Source of the DNA: an uncultured Rhodobacteraceae bacterium
GTDB taxonomy: Bacteria; Pseudomonadota; Alphaproteobacteria; Rhodobacterales; Rhodobacteraceae
Direction: 5' to 3'
DNA: 64,000 bases
Assembly (NCBI GenBank): GCA_937872465.1
Contig: CALMSR010000040.1
Coordinates: 78,279 to 142,278 of the forward strand
The number at the start of each line of letters is the position of its first letter. Position 1 is the stretch's first letter. Below, piece after piece: positions 53,875-63,157 of this stretch. The notes beneath the pieces are model-generated. The model worked only from the letters and a program-made list of their open reading frames with translations. It had not been told where the DNA came from and did no database searches. Made by a program: the position numbers and the translations under genes.

Positions 53875-54693
53875 ATGGAGACTCAGAGCCTCTGGCTGGG
53901 AGCGCTGCGGCGTCCCATGCGTGTCTTGATGATCGTGCTGGTCGCCGCCCTCGTCCTGGTGTGGCTGTGGCTCGCGATCGGGAGCCTGTTCCTGGGCAGC
54001 GGCATCGACATGTCCGCGATCCTCAGGCCCGGCGACAACGTCCTGGTCAAGCTGATGCTCTGGCTGCTGCTCGCCGTGAGCCTCGTCGCCAGCGTCTATC
54101 TCTCCGACACCAAAGGCGCGATCGAGGTCGTGCCCACGGGTCCCATCGACATCCTGTCGCTGATCCTCAGCCGGCTCGCGATGATCGCGATCGTCGTCAT
54201 CGTCGGCGTCATGTTCTACGAGGTCGTCGCGCGCTATCTCTTCGCCAAGCCCACGCTCTGGGCCAACGAGCTGTCGCTCTGGCTCGCCGGCTTCGTCTTC
54301 CTGCTCGCCGGGCTCTACTCGATGCAGCAGCGCAGCCATATCCGCATCTACACCATCTACGACATGATGCCGCGCTGGGCGCAGAAGGCCGCCGACACGT
54401 TCACCGTCGTGCTGATCTGGGCCTTCTTCATCGCGCTGCTCTGGGGCGGCTACGACGAGGTCCGCGACAAGCTCCTGAGGATGGAGACCTTCGGCACCGC
54501 CTGGGATCCGCCCATCCCCTCCACGATCAAGGCCGGCATCGTCCTGATCATCGGGCTGGTCGCGCTGCAGGCGCTGTCGAACCTGATCGCCGACTGGAAC
54601 AAGGCGGCCGAACTGCACACCGCCGCGGACGAGATCGACGAGCACGAGATCGCAAATCTCAAGAAGGCGCTGGGGGCCGACGACAATGGTTGA
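53875..54693 (+). CDS. dctQ: TRAP small permease DctQ with extra N-terminal TM hairpin
   Basis: FYEVVARYLF..PT.WANE, HIRI, WDPPIP; ~90 extra N-terminal residues. Confidence 0.85.
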   Translation: METQSLWLGALRRPMRVLMIVLVAALVLVWLWLAIGSLFLGSGIDMSAILRPGDNVLVKLMLWLLLAVSLVASVYLSDTKGAIEVVPTGPIDILSLILSRLAMIAIVVIVGVMFYEVVARYLFAKPTLWANELSLWLAGFVFLLAGLYSMQQRSHIRIYTIYDMMPRWAQKAADTFTVVLIWAFFIALLWGGYDEVRDKLLRMETFGTAWDPPIPSTIKAGIVLIIGLVALQALSNLIADWNKAAELHTAADEIDEHEIANLKKALGADDNG

Positions 54694-56281
54694 TATCGGA
54701 ACCCTCAGCCTGATCCTGCTGATCGCGATGTTCGTGCTGCTCGCGATCGGCATGCCGCTGGGCTTCGCATCGGCCATTCTCGCCGTGGCCACGCTGGTGA
54801 TGAAGTTCGGCCCGGATCTGCTCTTCGGGGACTTCGGGCGCGGCCCGCTGAACGTGCTCGGCCAGGCGATCTATCGGCAGATGACCAATTACGTGCTCAT
54901 CTCGATTCCGATGTTCATATTCATGGCCGCATTGCTGGAGCGATCCGGCATCGCGCGGGACATGTATTCCTCGCTCAACCTCTGGCTCAGCCGCACGCGC
55001 GGCGGCATCGCGCTGGTCACCTCGATCATGGCGGTGATCATGGCCGCGATGTCGGGGATCATCGGCGGCGAGGTGGTGCTTCTCGGCCTGATCGCCCTGC
55101 CGCAGATGCTGCGGCTCGGCTACAACCGGAAGTTCGCCGTCGGCACCATCTGCGCCTCGGGCAGCCTCGGCACCATGATCCCGCCCTCGATCGTCCTGAT
55201 CTTCTACGGGCTGATCACCGAGACCTCTATCCAGGCCCTCTTCACCGCCGCCTTCCTGCCCGGCCTGATGCTGGCCTCGTTCTATGTCATTTACATCGTG
55301 ATCCGCTCCAACCTCTACCCGGACCAGGCGCCCCTGCCGGCACCGCGGCCGGAGGACCCCTCCACGGGCGAGAAGAGCCTGCTCTTCCTCGACTTCCTGA
55401 CGATCATCGTCGCCATAGGCGCCGCGGCGCTGCTGCTGCGGAACCTGTTCATGACGGTGACCGGGCAGAACCGGGTCCTGGAGAACGTCGATCCGATCCC
55501 GCTCGGCATGGTCTCGGACCTGCCGTGGATCGCCGGGACCCTGGCGCTTGCGCTGGTGCTTATGCTCTTCGTCTTCGGGCGCAGCCGGACCGCGGAAGCC
55601 TGGAGCATCGGCAAGGGTCTCGTCGCGCCGCTGGTCGTGATCGGCGTGGTGCTGGGCTCGATCTACGGCGGCATCACCGGCATCACCGAGGCGGCCGGCA
55701 TGGGCGTGGTCGCGGTCTTCGTGATCTCGCTCTTGCGGCGCGAAATGACGCTCGAGATCATCTGGGACAGCCTGATCCGGACCCTGAAATCCACCGGCAC
55801 GATCATCTGGGTGACGATCGGCGCCGCGGCGCTGGCGGCGGCCTATACGCTCGCGGGCGGGCCGACCTATGTCGCCAATGCCATCATCGGCATGGAGCTT
55901 CCGGCGATGGGGATCATCTTCGTGATGATGCTGATCTTCCTGGTCATGGGGATGTTCATGGACTGGGTTGGCATCGTGCTCCTGATCATGCCGGTGTTCC
56001 TGCCGATCGTGATGAAGCTGCCGCCGGAGCAGATCGGCTGGCTCGGGCATCTCCCGCCCGACAAGGTGGCGATCTGGTTCGGCGTGACCTTCTGCATGAA
56101 CATGCAGGTCAGCTTCCTCTCGCCCCCCTTCGGCCCGGCGGCCTTCTACCTGAAGTCGGTGGCGCCCGACGACATCTCGCTCACGGACATCTTCGCCGGG
56201 TTCATCCCCTTCATCTGCATCCAGCTTCTGGCGCTGGCGGTCCTGCTGATCTACCCGCCCATCGTGACCGTGTTCCTGTAG
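54686..56281 (+). CDS. dctM: TRAP large permease DctM
   Basis: SIPMFIFMA, GSLGTMIPPS, GITEAA, LSPPFG. Confidence 0.92.
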   Translation: MVDIGTLSLILLIAMFVLLAIGMPLGFASAILAVATLVMKFGPDLLFGDFGRGPLNVLGQAIYRQMTNYVLISIPMFIFMAALLERSGIARDMYSSLNLWLSRTRGGIALVTSIMAVIMAAMSGIIGGEVVLLGLIALPQMLRLGYNRKFAVGTICASGSLGTMIPPSIVLIFYGLITETSIQALFTAAFLPGLMLASFYVIYIVIRSNLYPDQAPLPAPRPEDPSTGEKSLLFLDFLTIIVAIGAAALLLRNLFMTVTGQNRVLENVDPIPLGMVSDLPWIAGTLALALVLMLFVFGRSRTAEAWSIGKGLVAPLVVIGVVLGSIYGGITGITEAAGMGVVAVFVISLLRREMTLEIIWDSLIRTLKSTGTIIWVTIGAAALAAAYTLAGGPTYVANAIIGMELPAMGIIFVMMLIFLVMGMFMDWVGIVLLIMPVFLPIVMKLPPEQIGWLGHLPPDKVAIWFGVTFCMNMQVSFLSPPFGPAAFYLKSVAPDDISLTDIFAGFIPFICIQLLALAVLLIYPPIVTVFL

Positions 56282-56318
56282 CCCGGGCGGCAGGTCGGCC
56301 CTCCCGGCCGACTTGGGC

Positions 56319-57512
56319 CTATTCGGCGAGGAATTCCTCGATCAGGCCCGAGCACCGGTCCCAGGCCGGATCGGTTGCGGGAAGGATGTGATTGGTCGTG
56401 TCGAGGACCGCGAAGCGCGCCCCGGGGATGCCCGCCGCGAGCTCCTGCCCCTGGTCGAAGGGCACGCCCGCGTCGTGCCGCGAATGGATGACCAGCGTCG
56501 GCACCGTCACCTTCCCGAGCAGGTCCCGGATATCGACATCGCCATGGGCTTCGAGGATAGCCGCCGCGTTCTCGGCGGAGGTCGTCTTGCGCTGCAGGTC
56601 GGAGAACCAGTGCTGGCTCTCCGCCGGAGCGTCGGGCATGTAGAGGGCGGTGAAGAGCTGCCGCACCGCGGGATTGGTCCCGCCCCAGCCGACGCGGATC
56701 ATCTCGATCGCGGCGTGCCGCAGCACGGAGCCGTCCGGATTGTCCCGGCGCTTCCAGCCGCGGGCATAGCCGCCGAGCAGCACGAGCCGGGTGACCCTTT
56801 CGGGATGCCGCACCGCGTAATGGATGGCCTTCGCGCAACCCTGGGACAGCCCCATCATCGCGAAGCGCTTGAATCCGGCGTGATCCACCACGGTTTCGAG
56901 ATCCTCGATCTGGCGCTCGATACTGAAGTCGGTCACGTCCCATGCGGAGAGCCCCATGCCCCTGCCGTCGTAGCGCAGCAGGGTGTGCCGGCGCGCCAGC
57001 GCCCCGAACATGTGACGCCAGACCGGGCTTTCCCAATCGAAATCCAGGTGATGGAGCCAGTTCGCCGCCTTCACGAGCGGGGGGCCGGAGCCTGCCGTGG
57101 CATAGGCGATACGGGTGCCGTCGGGGCTGCGGCAATAGCGGATCTCCTGCCGGAGCGGGGCATCGGCGCCGGGTGCGCCGCCCGCCCGCGGGGCCTCCGA
57201 GGCGGTTTCCACGAGCGCGCCGACGAAGCGGAAGCCGCGCCCGTGCACGGTCCGAAGGTAGCGCTGTTCGTGGCCGTCGTCGCCGAGCGCCCGCCGCGCC
57301 GCGCTGACGGCGCTCGAGATGGCCGCGTCGGAGATGATGCGGCCCTGCCAGACCGCCTCGACCAATTCGTCCTTCGAGACCACGCGGTCCCGTGCGCCGA
57401 TCAGGTGCAGGATGAGGTCGAGAACCTTCGGCTCGATCCGGACAGGCGTGCCGGAGGCGACCAGCTCGCGCGTCGCACCATCGAGGACGAAGGAGTCGAA
57501 GACGTATCTCAC
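56319..57512 (-). CDS. Winged-helix (OmpR/CadC-type) plus alpha/beta-hydrolase fusion regulator
   Basis: IEPKVLDL..LI..RDRVVSKDEL...VW...RTVHGRGFRF; then DGTRIAY, RYDGRG, GLSQG, NH. Confidence 0.88.
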   Translation of the reverse strand: MRYVFDSFVLDGATRELVASGTPVRIEPKVLDLILHLIGARDRVVSKDELVEAVWQGRIISDAAISSAVSAARRALGDDGHEQRYLRTVHGRGFRFVGALVETASEAPRAGGAPGADAPLRQEIRYCRSPDGTRIAYATAGSGPPLVKAANWLHHLDFDWESPVWRHMFGALARRHTLLRYDGRGMGLSAWDVTDFSIERQIEDLETVVDHAGFKRFAMMGLSQGCAKAIHYAVRHPERVTRLVLLGGYARGWKRRDNPDGSVLRHAAIEMIRVGWGGTNPAVRQLFTALYMPDAPAESQHWFSDLQRKTTSAENAAAILEAHGDVDIRDLLGKVTVPTLVIHSRHDAGVPFDQGQELAAGIPGARFAVLDTTNHILPATDPAWDRCSGLIEEFLAE

Positions 57513-57550
57513 GCCGCGACATTACCGCAGTCCCGGCAGCTTTCACACGG
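57206..57550. repeat. Duplicated wHTH module plus promoter, copy 1 (copy 2 at 59199-59543)
   Basis: Colinear with offset 1993 bp; ~21 mismatches in 307 coding bp by manual alignment. Confidence 0.92.
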
Positions 57551-57654
57551 TTTCAGATCGACCGCGAGCACGCTCGAGACCGCGACGGGGTCCCCGCGCG
57601 CGATCGCCGGTCGCTCGCCGCACCCGGGAACCGGACGGGAACCGGACGGGCCGC

Positions 57655-59505
57655 CTATTCCGGCAAGCCGAGAAGCCGCGCCCCATCCGTGAACCTTTCG
57701 GAGAGCGGTTCGGGCAGCCCCAGCTCATGGAACATGCGGGACCTGAATCCGGGTTCGAGCTGGAACCCCTGCGCAGCCCGCCGCGCGGCGAGTTCGGGCC
57801 GGCCCGCCAGAATCAGGGCGATCGCCTGAAAGAAATGCGCCGTGCTGAAATCCGGCTTCGACCGGGCGGCTGCGGCGAATGACGAAACGGCGTCATCGTA
57901 GCGACCCTCGACGAGCGCGGCTTCGCCGAGGGCGAGATGCGCTTCGAAGGCCAGGGTGTCATAGGGGCTCAGCAGCAGCGCGCGCTGGGCGTGGAGCTTG
58001 GCCGGCTCGGGGCGCCCGGCCAGCCCGTTTCCCTGCGCGGCGAGGAAATGTGCCGTGGCGCTCGCCGGGTTGAGCGATATTCCGCGCTCGATGGCATGCA
58101 GGGCCGCGTCGCTTTCCGTCGTCAGGAGCGTCATCACGAATCCCGAGATCGCGAGCGCCGTCCCGTCGTCGGTGTCGCTGGCGATGATCGCCCGGGCGTG
58201 CATGAGCGCGGCGCTCCGGTCGGATTCGTCGAAGCCGCCGCGGGTGAAGCACAGCTCGTGGCACCATGCGGTCAGTGCCTGCGCGGCGATGTAGTCGGGG
58301 TCGAGCTCGAGCGCCTGCCGCAGGAGGGGAAGGGCCTTCCTCGCCTCGTCCGGCATGCGAGCGGCGATGTGCGGCAATGCCCGCAGATAGAGATCGTAGG
58401 CACCGAGGCTCTCGGTGGGCTTCCGCCGGGACCGTTCGATCTCGGACCGCCGCAGGCTCGGCTCGACCACGGCTGCCACGCGATCGGCGATATGGTCCTG
58501 GAGATCGAAGACATCCTCGAGGGAACTGTCGTACCTGTCGGACCAGAGATGGGTTCCCGATTCGGCGTCGAGCAGGTGCGCGGTGATGCGCACCCGGCTC
58601 CCGGACCGGCGCACCCCGCCCTGCAGGAGATAGCGCACGCCAAGCTCCCGGCCCGCCTGGCGCGGATCCACGGCCCTGTTCTTGTAGGCGAAACCGGAGC
58701 TGTGCGCCGTCACGCGCAACCAGCTGATCCGTGACAGCGCCGCCACGATATCCTCGACCATCCCGTCGGAGAAATATTCCTGGCACGGGTCGTCGCTCAT
58801 GTTCCGAAAGGGCAGGACAGCGAGAGAGGGGCGTTCCCACGGGGATCCTCGCGTCTCCGAAGGGTCGGCCCGCTGTCGCTCCGATCCTTCGGCGCCGGTT
58901 TCGTCGGCCTGCGGCCGGGCACGAACCGAGGCGACGATGCCGTCGCTCATGGACAGGAGTTCGCGCGCCGGCCGGAGGAGGGACCGGCCCTCCGGCGTCA
59001 GCTGCACGAGACTGCCGCTGCCGCGATCGAGCAGGCGGCGGCCGACGAGGGATTCCAGCCGCTCCACCTGCGCCGAGACCGATGCCTGAGGCCGGCCGAC
59101 GAGCTCGGCGGTCTGCGCGACGCTCTCGTTCTCCGCGACCAGCGCGAAGGTGCGCAGCAGGTCGATGTCGAGCGCCGGAGGCGACCCGCCATCGTCGATT
59201 TCCACGAGCGCGCCCACGAAGCGGAAGCCGCGCCCGTGCGCGGTCCTGATGTAGCGCTGTTCGTGGCCGTCGTCGCCGAGCGCCCGCCGCGCCGCGCTGA
59301 CCGCGCTCGAGATGGCCGCGTCGGAGATGATGCGGCCCTGCCAGACCACCTCGACCAGTTCGTCCTTCGAGACCACGCGATCGCGCGCGTCGATCAGGTG
59401 CAGGATGAGGTCGAGAACCTTCGGCTCGATCCGGACAGGCGTGCCGGAGGCGAGCAGTTCGCGGGTCGCGGAATCGATGACGAAGGAGTCGAAGACAAAT
59501 CTCAC
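57655..59505 (-). CDS. Multidomain regulator: wHTH + LysR-type HTH + TolB-like module + TPR
   Basis: N-terminal wHTH; LDIDLLRTF...SVSAQVERLE...LTPEG; PSLAVLPFRNMSDDP.QEYFSDG..EDI; TPR-like C-terminus. Confidence 0.85.
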   Translation of the reverse strand: MRFVFDSFVIDSATRELLASGTPVRIEPKVLDLILHLIDARDRVVSKDELVEVVWQGRIISDAAISSAVSAARRALGDDGHEQRYIRTAHGRGFRFVGALVEIDDGGSPPALDIDLLRTFALVAENESVAQTAELVGRPQASVSAQVERLESLVGRRLLDRGSGSLVQLTPEGRSLLRPARELLSMSDGIVASVRARPQADETGAEGSERQRADPSETRGSPWERPSLAVLPFRNMSDDPCQEYFSDGMVEDIVAALSRISWLRVTAHSSGFAYKNRAVDPRQAGRELGVRYLLQGGVRRSGSRVRITAHLLDAESGTHLWSDRYDSSLEDVFDLQDHIADRVAAVVEPSLRRSEIERSRRKPTESLGAYDLYLRALPHIAARMPDEARKALPLLRQALELDPDYIAAQALTAWCHELCFTRGGFDESDRSAALMHARAIIASDTDDGTALAISGFVMTLLTTESDAALHAIERGISLNPASATAHFLAAQGNGLAGRPEPAKLHAQRALLLSPYDTLAFEAHLALGEAALVEGRYDDAVSSFAAAARSKPDFSTAHFFQAIALILAGRPELAARRAAQGFQLEPGFRSRMFHELGLPEPLSERFTDGARLLGLPE

Positions 59506-59543
59506 ATCGCAACAATACCCCAGTCCTGACCGCTTTCACACGG
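59199..59543. repeat. Duplicated wHTH module plus promoter, copy 2
   Basis: See 57206-57550. Confidence 0.92.
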
Positions 59544-59563
59544 GTCCCGCGCATCGCCGCAGG

Positions 59564-59602
59564 TTCCGCCAGAAATTCCCCAGACATTCCCAACGAAATT
59601 CC
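59564..59602. promoter_or_regulatory. Four phased TTCC direct repeats in the divergent promoter
   Basis: TTCC at 59564, 59576, 59587 and 59599 (spacing 12/11/12), three of them as ATTCC. Confidence 0.55.
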
Positions 59603-59723
59603 AAGGGCACCGGCAAGTTCTTGCCCTGGCGCAGGGTTATTCTGCCTTCACGGATCAAGGTTCAACGCGGGGCGCTGGGCGGAGGATCCGCCCAACCGAC
59701 CGATCAGACATGGAAAGAGCGAG

Positions 59724-60290
59724 ATGAACATCCAGACCGAAGTGAAGACCGCCGACAATGGCGTGGACGTCGAGGCCCTCTACGGAATCAAGAAGGCGCT
59801 GACCGACATGCCGCCCGCGGCGCAGTTCACCTGGCGCGCGAGCTGCGAATGGCTCGGCGGCGTCCACAGCAAATCGACCGTCGAGGGCTTCTTCGGCGCC
59901 GGCGCCGAGCAGTCGCACAAGGCGCCCTACAGCGTCGAGGCGGACCATCCGGGCGTCTTCGCCGCACCCGACAACGCCGCGACGCCGGTCGAGATCGTGC
60001 TCTCGGCGCTGGCGAGCTGCCTCACTGGCGGCGTGGCGGCGATCGCGCAGCACCGAGGCATCCAGCTGCACTCGGTCAAGGCGCAGGTGGAGGGTGACAT
60101 GAACCTCCACGGCATCCTCGGGATCGACGCCGACGTCCGCAACGGCTTCAGCGCGATCCGCGTGACCTTCGAGGTCGAGGCCGATGCGAGCAAGGACGAG
60201 ATCGCGGCGGTGATCGCCCAGTCGCAGAAGCGCTCGGCGGTCTTCGACATCATCACCAACCCCGGCAACGTGAAGGTGGCGCTCGCCTGA
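59724..60290 (+). CDS. OsmC/Ohr-like protein (single active-site Cys subfamily)
   Basis: DHPGVF, ATPVE.VL.ALASCL, LHGILG, RNGFS.I, SQKRSAVFD. Confidence 0.88.
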   Translation: MNIQTEVKTADNGVDVEALYGIKKALTDMPPAAQFTWRASCEWLGGVHSKSTVEGFFGAGAEQSHKAPYSVEADHPGVFAAPDNAATPVEIVLSALASCLTGGVAAIAQHRGIQLHSVKAQVEGDMNLHGILGIDADVRNGFSAIRVTFEVEADASKDEIAAVIAQSQKRSAVFDIITNPGNVKVALA

Positions 60291-60327
60291 CGGCGCGCCT
60301 CCCCCCGACAGAAAAGGACAGAATGCC

Positions 60328-60537
60328 ATGCATGCCGACCTGACCATCACGCAGACCCGTTCGGGCCGCACCCTGATGGATCGCCTGGGAAGCTTCCTGG
60401 CGACCCTGCACTCCCGGCGCAATGCGCGCCGGGACATGGCCCGGCTGTCGCAGATGAGCGAGCAGATGCTGCGCGACATCGGCGTGACCCGCGACGAGCT
60501 GCATCACCTGGCGCAGACGCTCTATCGTCGCGCCTGA
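60328..60537 (+). CDS. DUF1127 (YjiS-like) small protein
   Basis: RRNARRDMARLSQMSEQMLRDIGVTRDE. Confidence 0.85.
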   Translation: MHADLTITQTRSGRTLMDRLGSFLATLHSRRNARRDMARLSQMSEQMLRDIGVTRDELHHLAQTLYRRA

Positions 60538-60635
60538 GCGCCTCCGGCGGCGCGGCCCGTCCGTTCCGCCCACCCCATCCGAATACCCGCCCTTTGCAGC
60601 CGCGGCGTCCCGAGCGCCGCGGCGGGAGCCGATCC

Positions 60636-61871
60636 ATGAAACGCGTCACCACCATCGTCGTCGGAGCAGGCCAGTGCGGCCTCGCCATGAGCCACGCGCT
60701 GCGCCGGCACTCGGTCGATCACCTGGTGCTCGAGCGCGGCCGGATCGCCAACAGCTGGCGCACCGAGCGCTGGGACGGCCTGCGGCTGCTCACGCCGAAC
60801 TGGATGAACGGCCTGGCGGGCCGGCCCTATCGCGGGCCGGATCCGGACAGTTTCATGACCTGCGGAGAATTCGCCGAAGACCTGACGCGCGCGGCGGCGC
60901 TCGATGGCGCGCCAGTGCTGCAGGAGACGCGCGTCCTCGCCCTCGATCCGCTCGGGGGCGGCTATAGGGTCCAGACCGACCAGGGCGCCATCGCCTGCGA
61001 CAGCGTGGTGATCGCCAGCGGCGAATGCGCGCTCCCGCGGATCCCCGGCCTCGCCGGCGACCTGCCGCCGGGCGTGCTCCAGCTGACCCCCCAGAGCTAC
61101 AAGCGGCCCGCCGACGTGCCCGAAGGCGGCGTGCTGGTCGTCGGCGCCGGGGCGAGCGGGCTCCAGATCGCCCGCGAGCTCGCGCTGGCCGGCCGGCGGG
61201 TCACGCTCGCCGTGGGCAATCACCTGCGCCTGCCGCGGCGGTATCGCGGCGCCGACATCCTGTGGTGGATGCACCGCCTGGGCGTGCTCGACCTGCCCCC
61301 TTCCGGGGAGGACGAACTCGATCGGTTGCGGCGCGCGCCCTCCCTGCCGCTTCTGGGCGACCCCTCCCATGCGGATATCGACCTCAACGGCCTCCAGGAT
61401 CTCGGCATCGAAATCGTCGGGCGCCTCGCGGGTCTGACCGAGGGAAAGGCCTGGTTCTCGGGGTCGCTGGCCAATGCCTGCGCCAGCGCCGACCTCAAGC
61501 TCGCCCGGCTGCTCGACCGGATCGACGCCCATGCGGACAGAGCCGGCATCGATGCGCCGCCGGCCTGCCGGTTGCCGGCGACGAGAATTCCCGAGGCGCC
61601 GCGTCTGATGCTGCGGCTCGGCGAAGGCGGCATCGGCACGGTGGTCTGGGCGACCGGATACAGGCCCGACCATCGCTGGGTGAAGCTCCCGGTCTTCGAC
61701 GGCAAGGGACGCATCCGCCACGACGGCGGCGTCGTCGGCGAGGGGATCTACGTGCTCGGCCTGCGGCATCTGCGCAGCGCGCGTTCGACCCATATCGCCG
61801 GAGCGCCCCGCGACGCGCGCGTGCTGGCGCGACACCTGACCGACCGCCTCGGCGGCCGGGCGGCGGCTTGA
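60636..61871 (+). CDS. CzcO/TrkA-like flavoprotein (FMO-like FAD/NAD(P) oxidoreductase)
   Basis: VVGAGQCG, W.TERWDGLRLLTP, VVGAGASG.QI, WATGYR.D, G.YVLGL. Confidence 0.85.
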   Translation: MKRVTTIVVGAGQCGLAMSHALRRHSVDHLVLERGRIANSWRTERWDGLRLLTPNWMNGLAGRPYRGPDPDSFMTCGEFAEDLTRAAALDGAPVLQETRVLALDPLGGGYRVQTDQGAIACDSVVIASGECALPRIPGLAGDLPPGVLQLTPQSYKRPADVPEGGVLVVGAGASGLQIARELALAGRRVTLAVGNHLRLPRRYRGADILWWMHRLGVLDLPPSGEDELDRLRRAPSLPLLGDPSHADIDLNGLQDLGIEIVGRLAGLTEGKAWFSGSLANACASADLKLARLLDRIDAHADRAGIDAPPACRLPATRIPEAPRLMLRLGEGGIGTVVWATGYRPDHRWVKLPVFDGKGRIRHDGGVVGEGIYVLGLRHLRSARSTHIAGAPRDARVLARHLTDRLGGRAAA

Positions 61872-61887
61872 GGCGGGAGACCACGTG

Positions 61888-63105
61888 ATGACACGGAAGC
61901 CCTATGACGCGGTGATCGTCGGCGCCCGGGTGGCCGGCGCGGCCACCGGGCTCGCGCTTGCGGCCGAGGGTGCCAGGGTCCTGATCCTGGACCGGGCGCC
62001 CGAGATCGGGGACACGCTCTCGACCCATGCCCTGATGCGGCCGGCCGTCGAGCTTCTTGCGCGCTGGGGCCTGCTCGACCGGCTGCTCGGCGCGGGCACG
62101 CCGCTGGTCCGCCAAGCGCAGTTCCACTACGGGGCCGAGCGGGTCACGGTTCCGGTCCGGCCGGGCCTTCTGGCCGAGGGGCTGATCGCGCCGCGCCGCT
62201 GGCTGCTCGACCGCGCCATCCTCGATGCCGCGGTCGCGGCCGGGGCCGAGCTCGCCCTCGGGAGCGAGGTCGAAGACTGTCTCCGCGGCGCCGATGGCCG
62301 CGTCGCCGGCGTCTCCCTGCGCGGGCCGGATGGCAGAGGCCACGAGATCCGCGCCAGCCTGGTGATCGGCGCCGACGGTCGTGCCTCGCGGATCGCGGAG
62401 GCCGTCGGCGCGGAGCCTCTCGCCGCGTCGCCCCACCGCGCGGCCACGGTCTACGGCTATTTCCCCGGCATCGAGAACCGGGGCTATCGCCTGTATTTCG
62501 GCGACGGGGTCTCGGCCGGCGCCTTCCCGACCAATGACGGCCTGCATTGCGTCTTCGCCACCTGCCCATCCGCGGCCTATGGGCGGCACTTCGCCGCTGA
62601 TGCGCGGCGCGGCATGGCCGCGATCCTCGCGGGCTTCGATCCCGGCCTCGCCGAGAGCGTCCAGGCGGCTCCCGCCGAGCGGCCGCGCCGCTTCCCCGGC
62701 GCCCCGGGGCATCTGCGCGCGCGGACCGGCCGGGGCTGGGCGCTGGCGGGCGATGCCGCCTTCTTCAAGGATCCCGCCACCGCCCACGGCATCACCGACG
62801 CGCTGATGGATGCGGATGCCCTGTCGCGCGTCCTGATCCGGGACGGGAGGCCCGATGCCTACGGCCGCGCGCGGCAGGCGCAGTCGGTGCCGCTCTTCGC
62901 GGTCACGCAGAGGATCGCCAGCTTCGACTGGGATTTCGACGCGCTCAAGGCGCTCCACGAGACCCTCAGCGCCTGCATGAAATCCGAGAGCGCCGCCGTC
63001 GCAGCCGGCAGTGCGGCGCCATCCCGGCAACCGGAGCCGCGCCGCGCCGCCACGGCAAACGATCACGCCGATCCCCGGCAAACAATGGAGCCCTGCGATG
63101 CCTGA
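61888..63105 (+). CDS. FAD-dependent oxidoreductase (aromatic hydroxylase/geranylgeranyl-reductase-like)
   Basis: IVGARVAG, DTLSTH, IGADG..S, GWAL.GDAAFFKDP..AHGITDA. Confidence 0.85.
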   Translation: MTRKPYDAVIVGARVAGAATGLALAAEGARVLILDRAPEIGDTLSTHALMRPAVELLARWGLLDRLLGAGTPLVRQAQFHYGAERVTVPVRPGLLAEGLIAPRRWLLDRAILDAAVAAGAELALGSEVEDCLRGADGRVAGVSLRGPDGRGHEIRASLVIGADGRASRIAEAVGAEPLAASPHRAATVYGYFPGIENRGYRLYFGDGVSAGAFPTNDGLHCVFATCPSAAYGRHFAADARRGMAAILAGFDPGLAESVQAAPAERPRRFPGAPGHLRARTGRGWALAGDAAFFKDPATAHGITDALMDADALSRVLIRDGRPDAYGRARQAQSVPLFAVTQRIASFDWDFDALKALHETLSACMKSESAAVAAGSAAPSRQPEPRRAATANDHADPRQTMEPCDA

Positions 63106-63157
63106 CCGGATCCCCACGGGCCCTGCTGCGCCCGCGACAGCCGCGCGGACCCAACCC

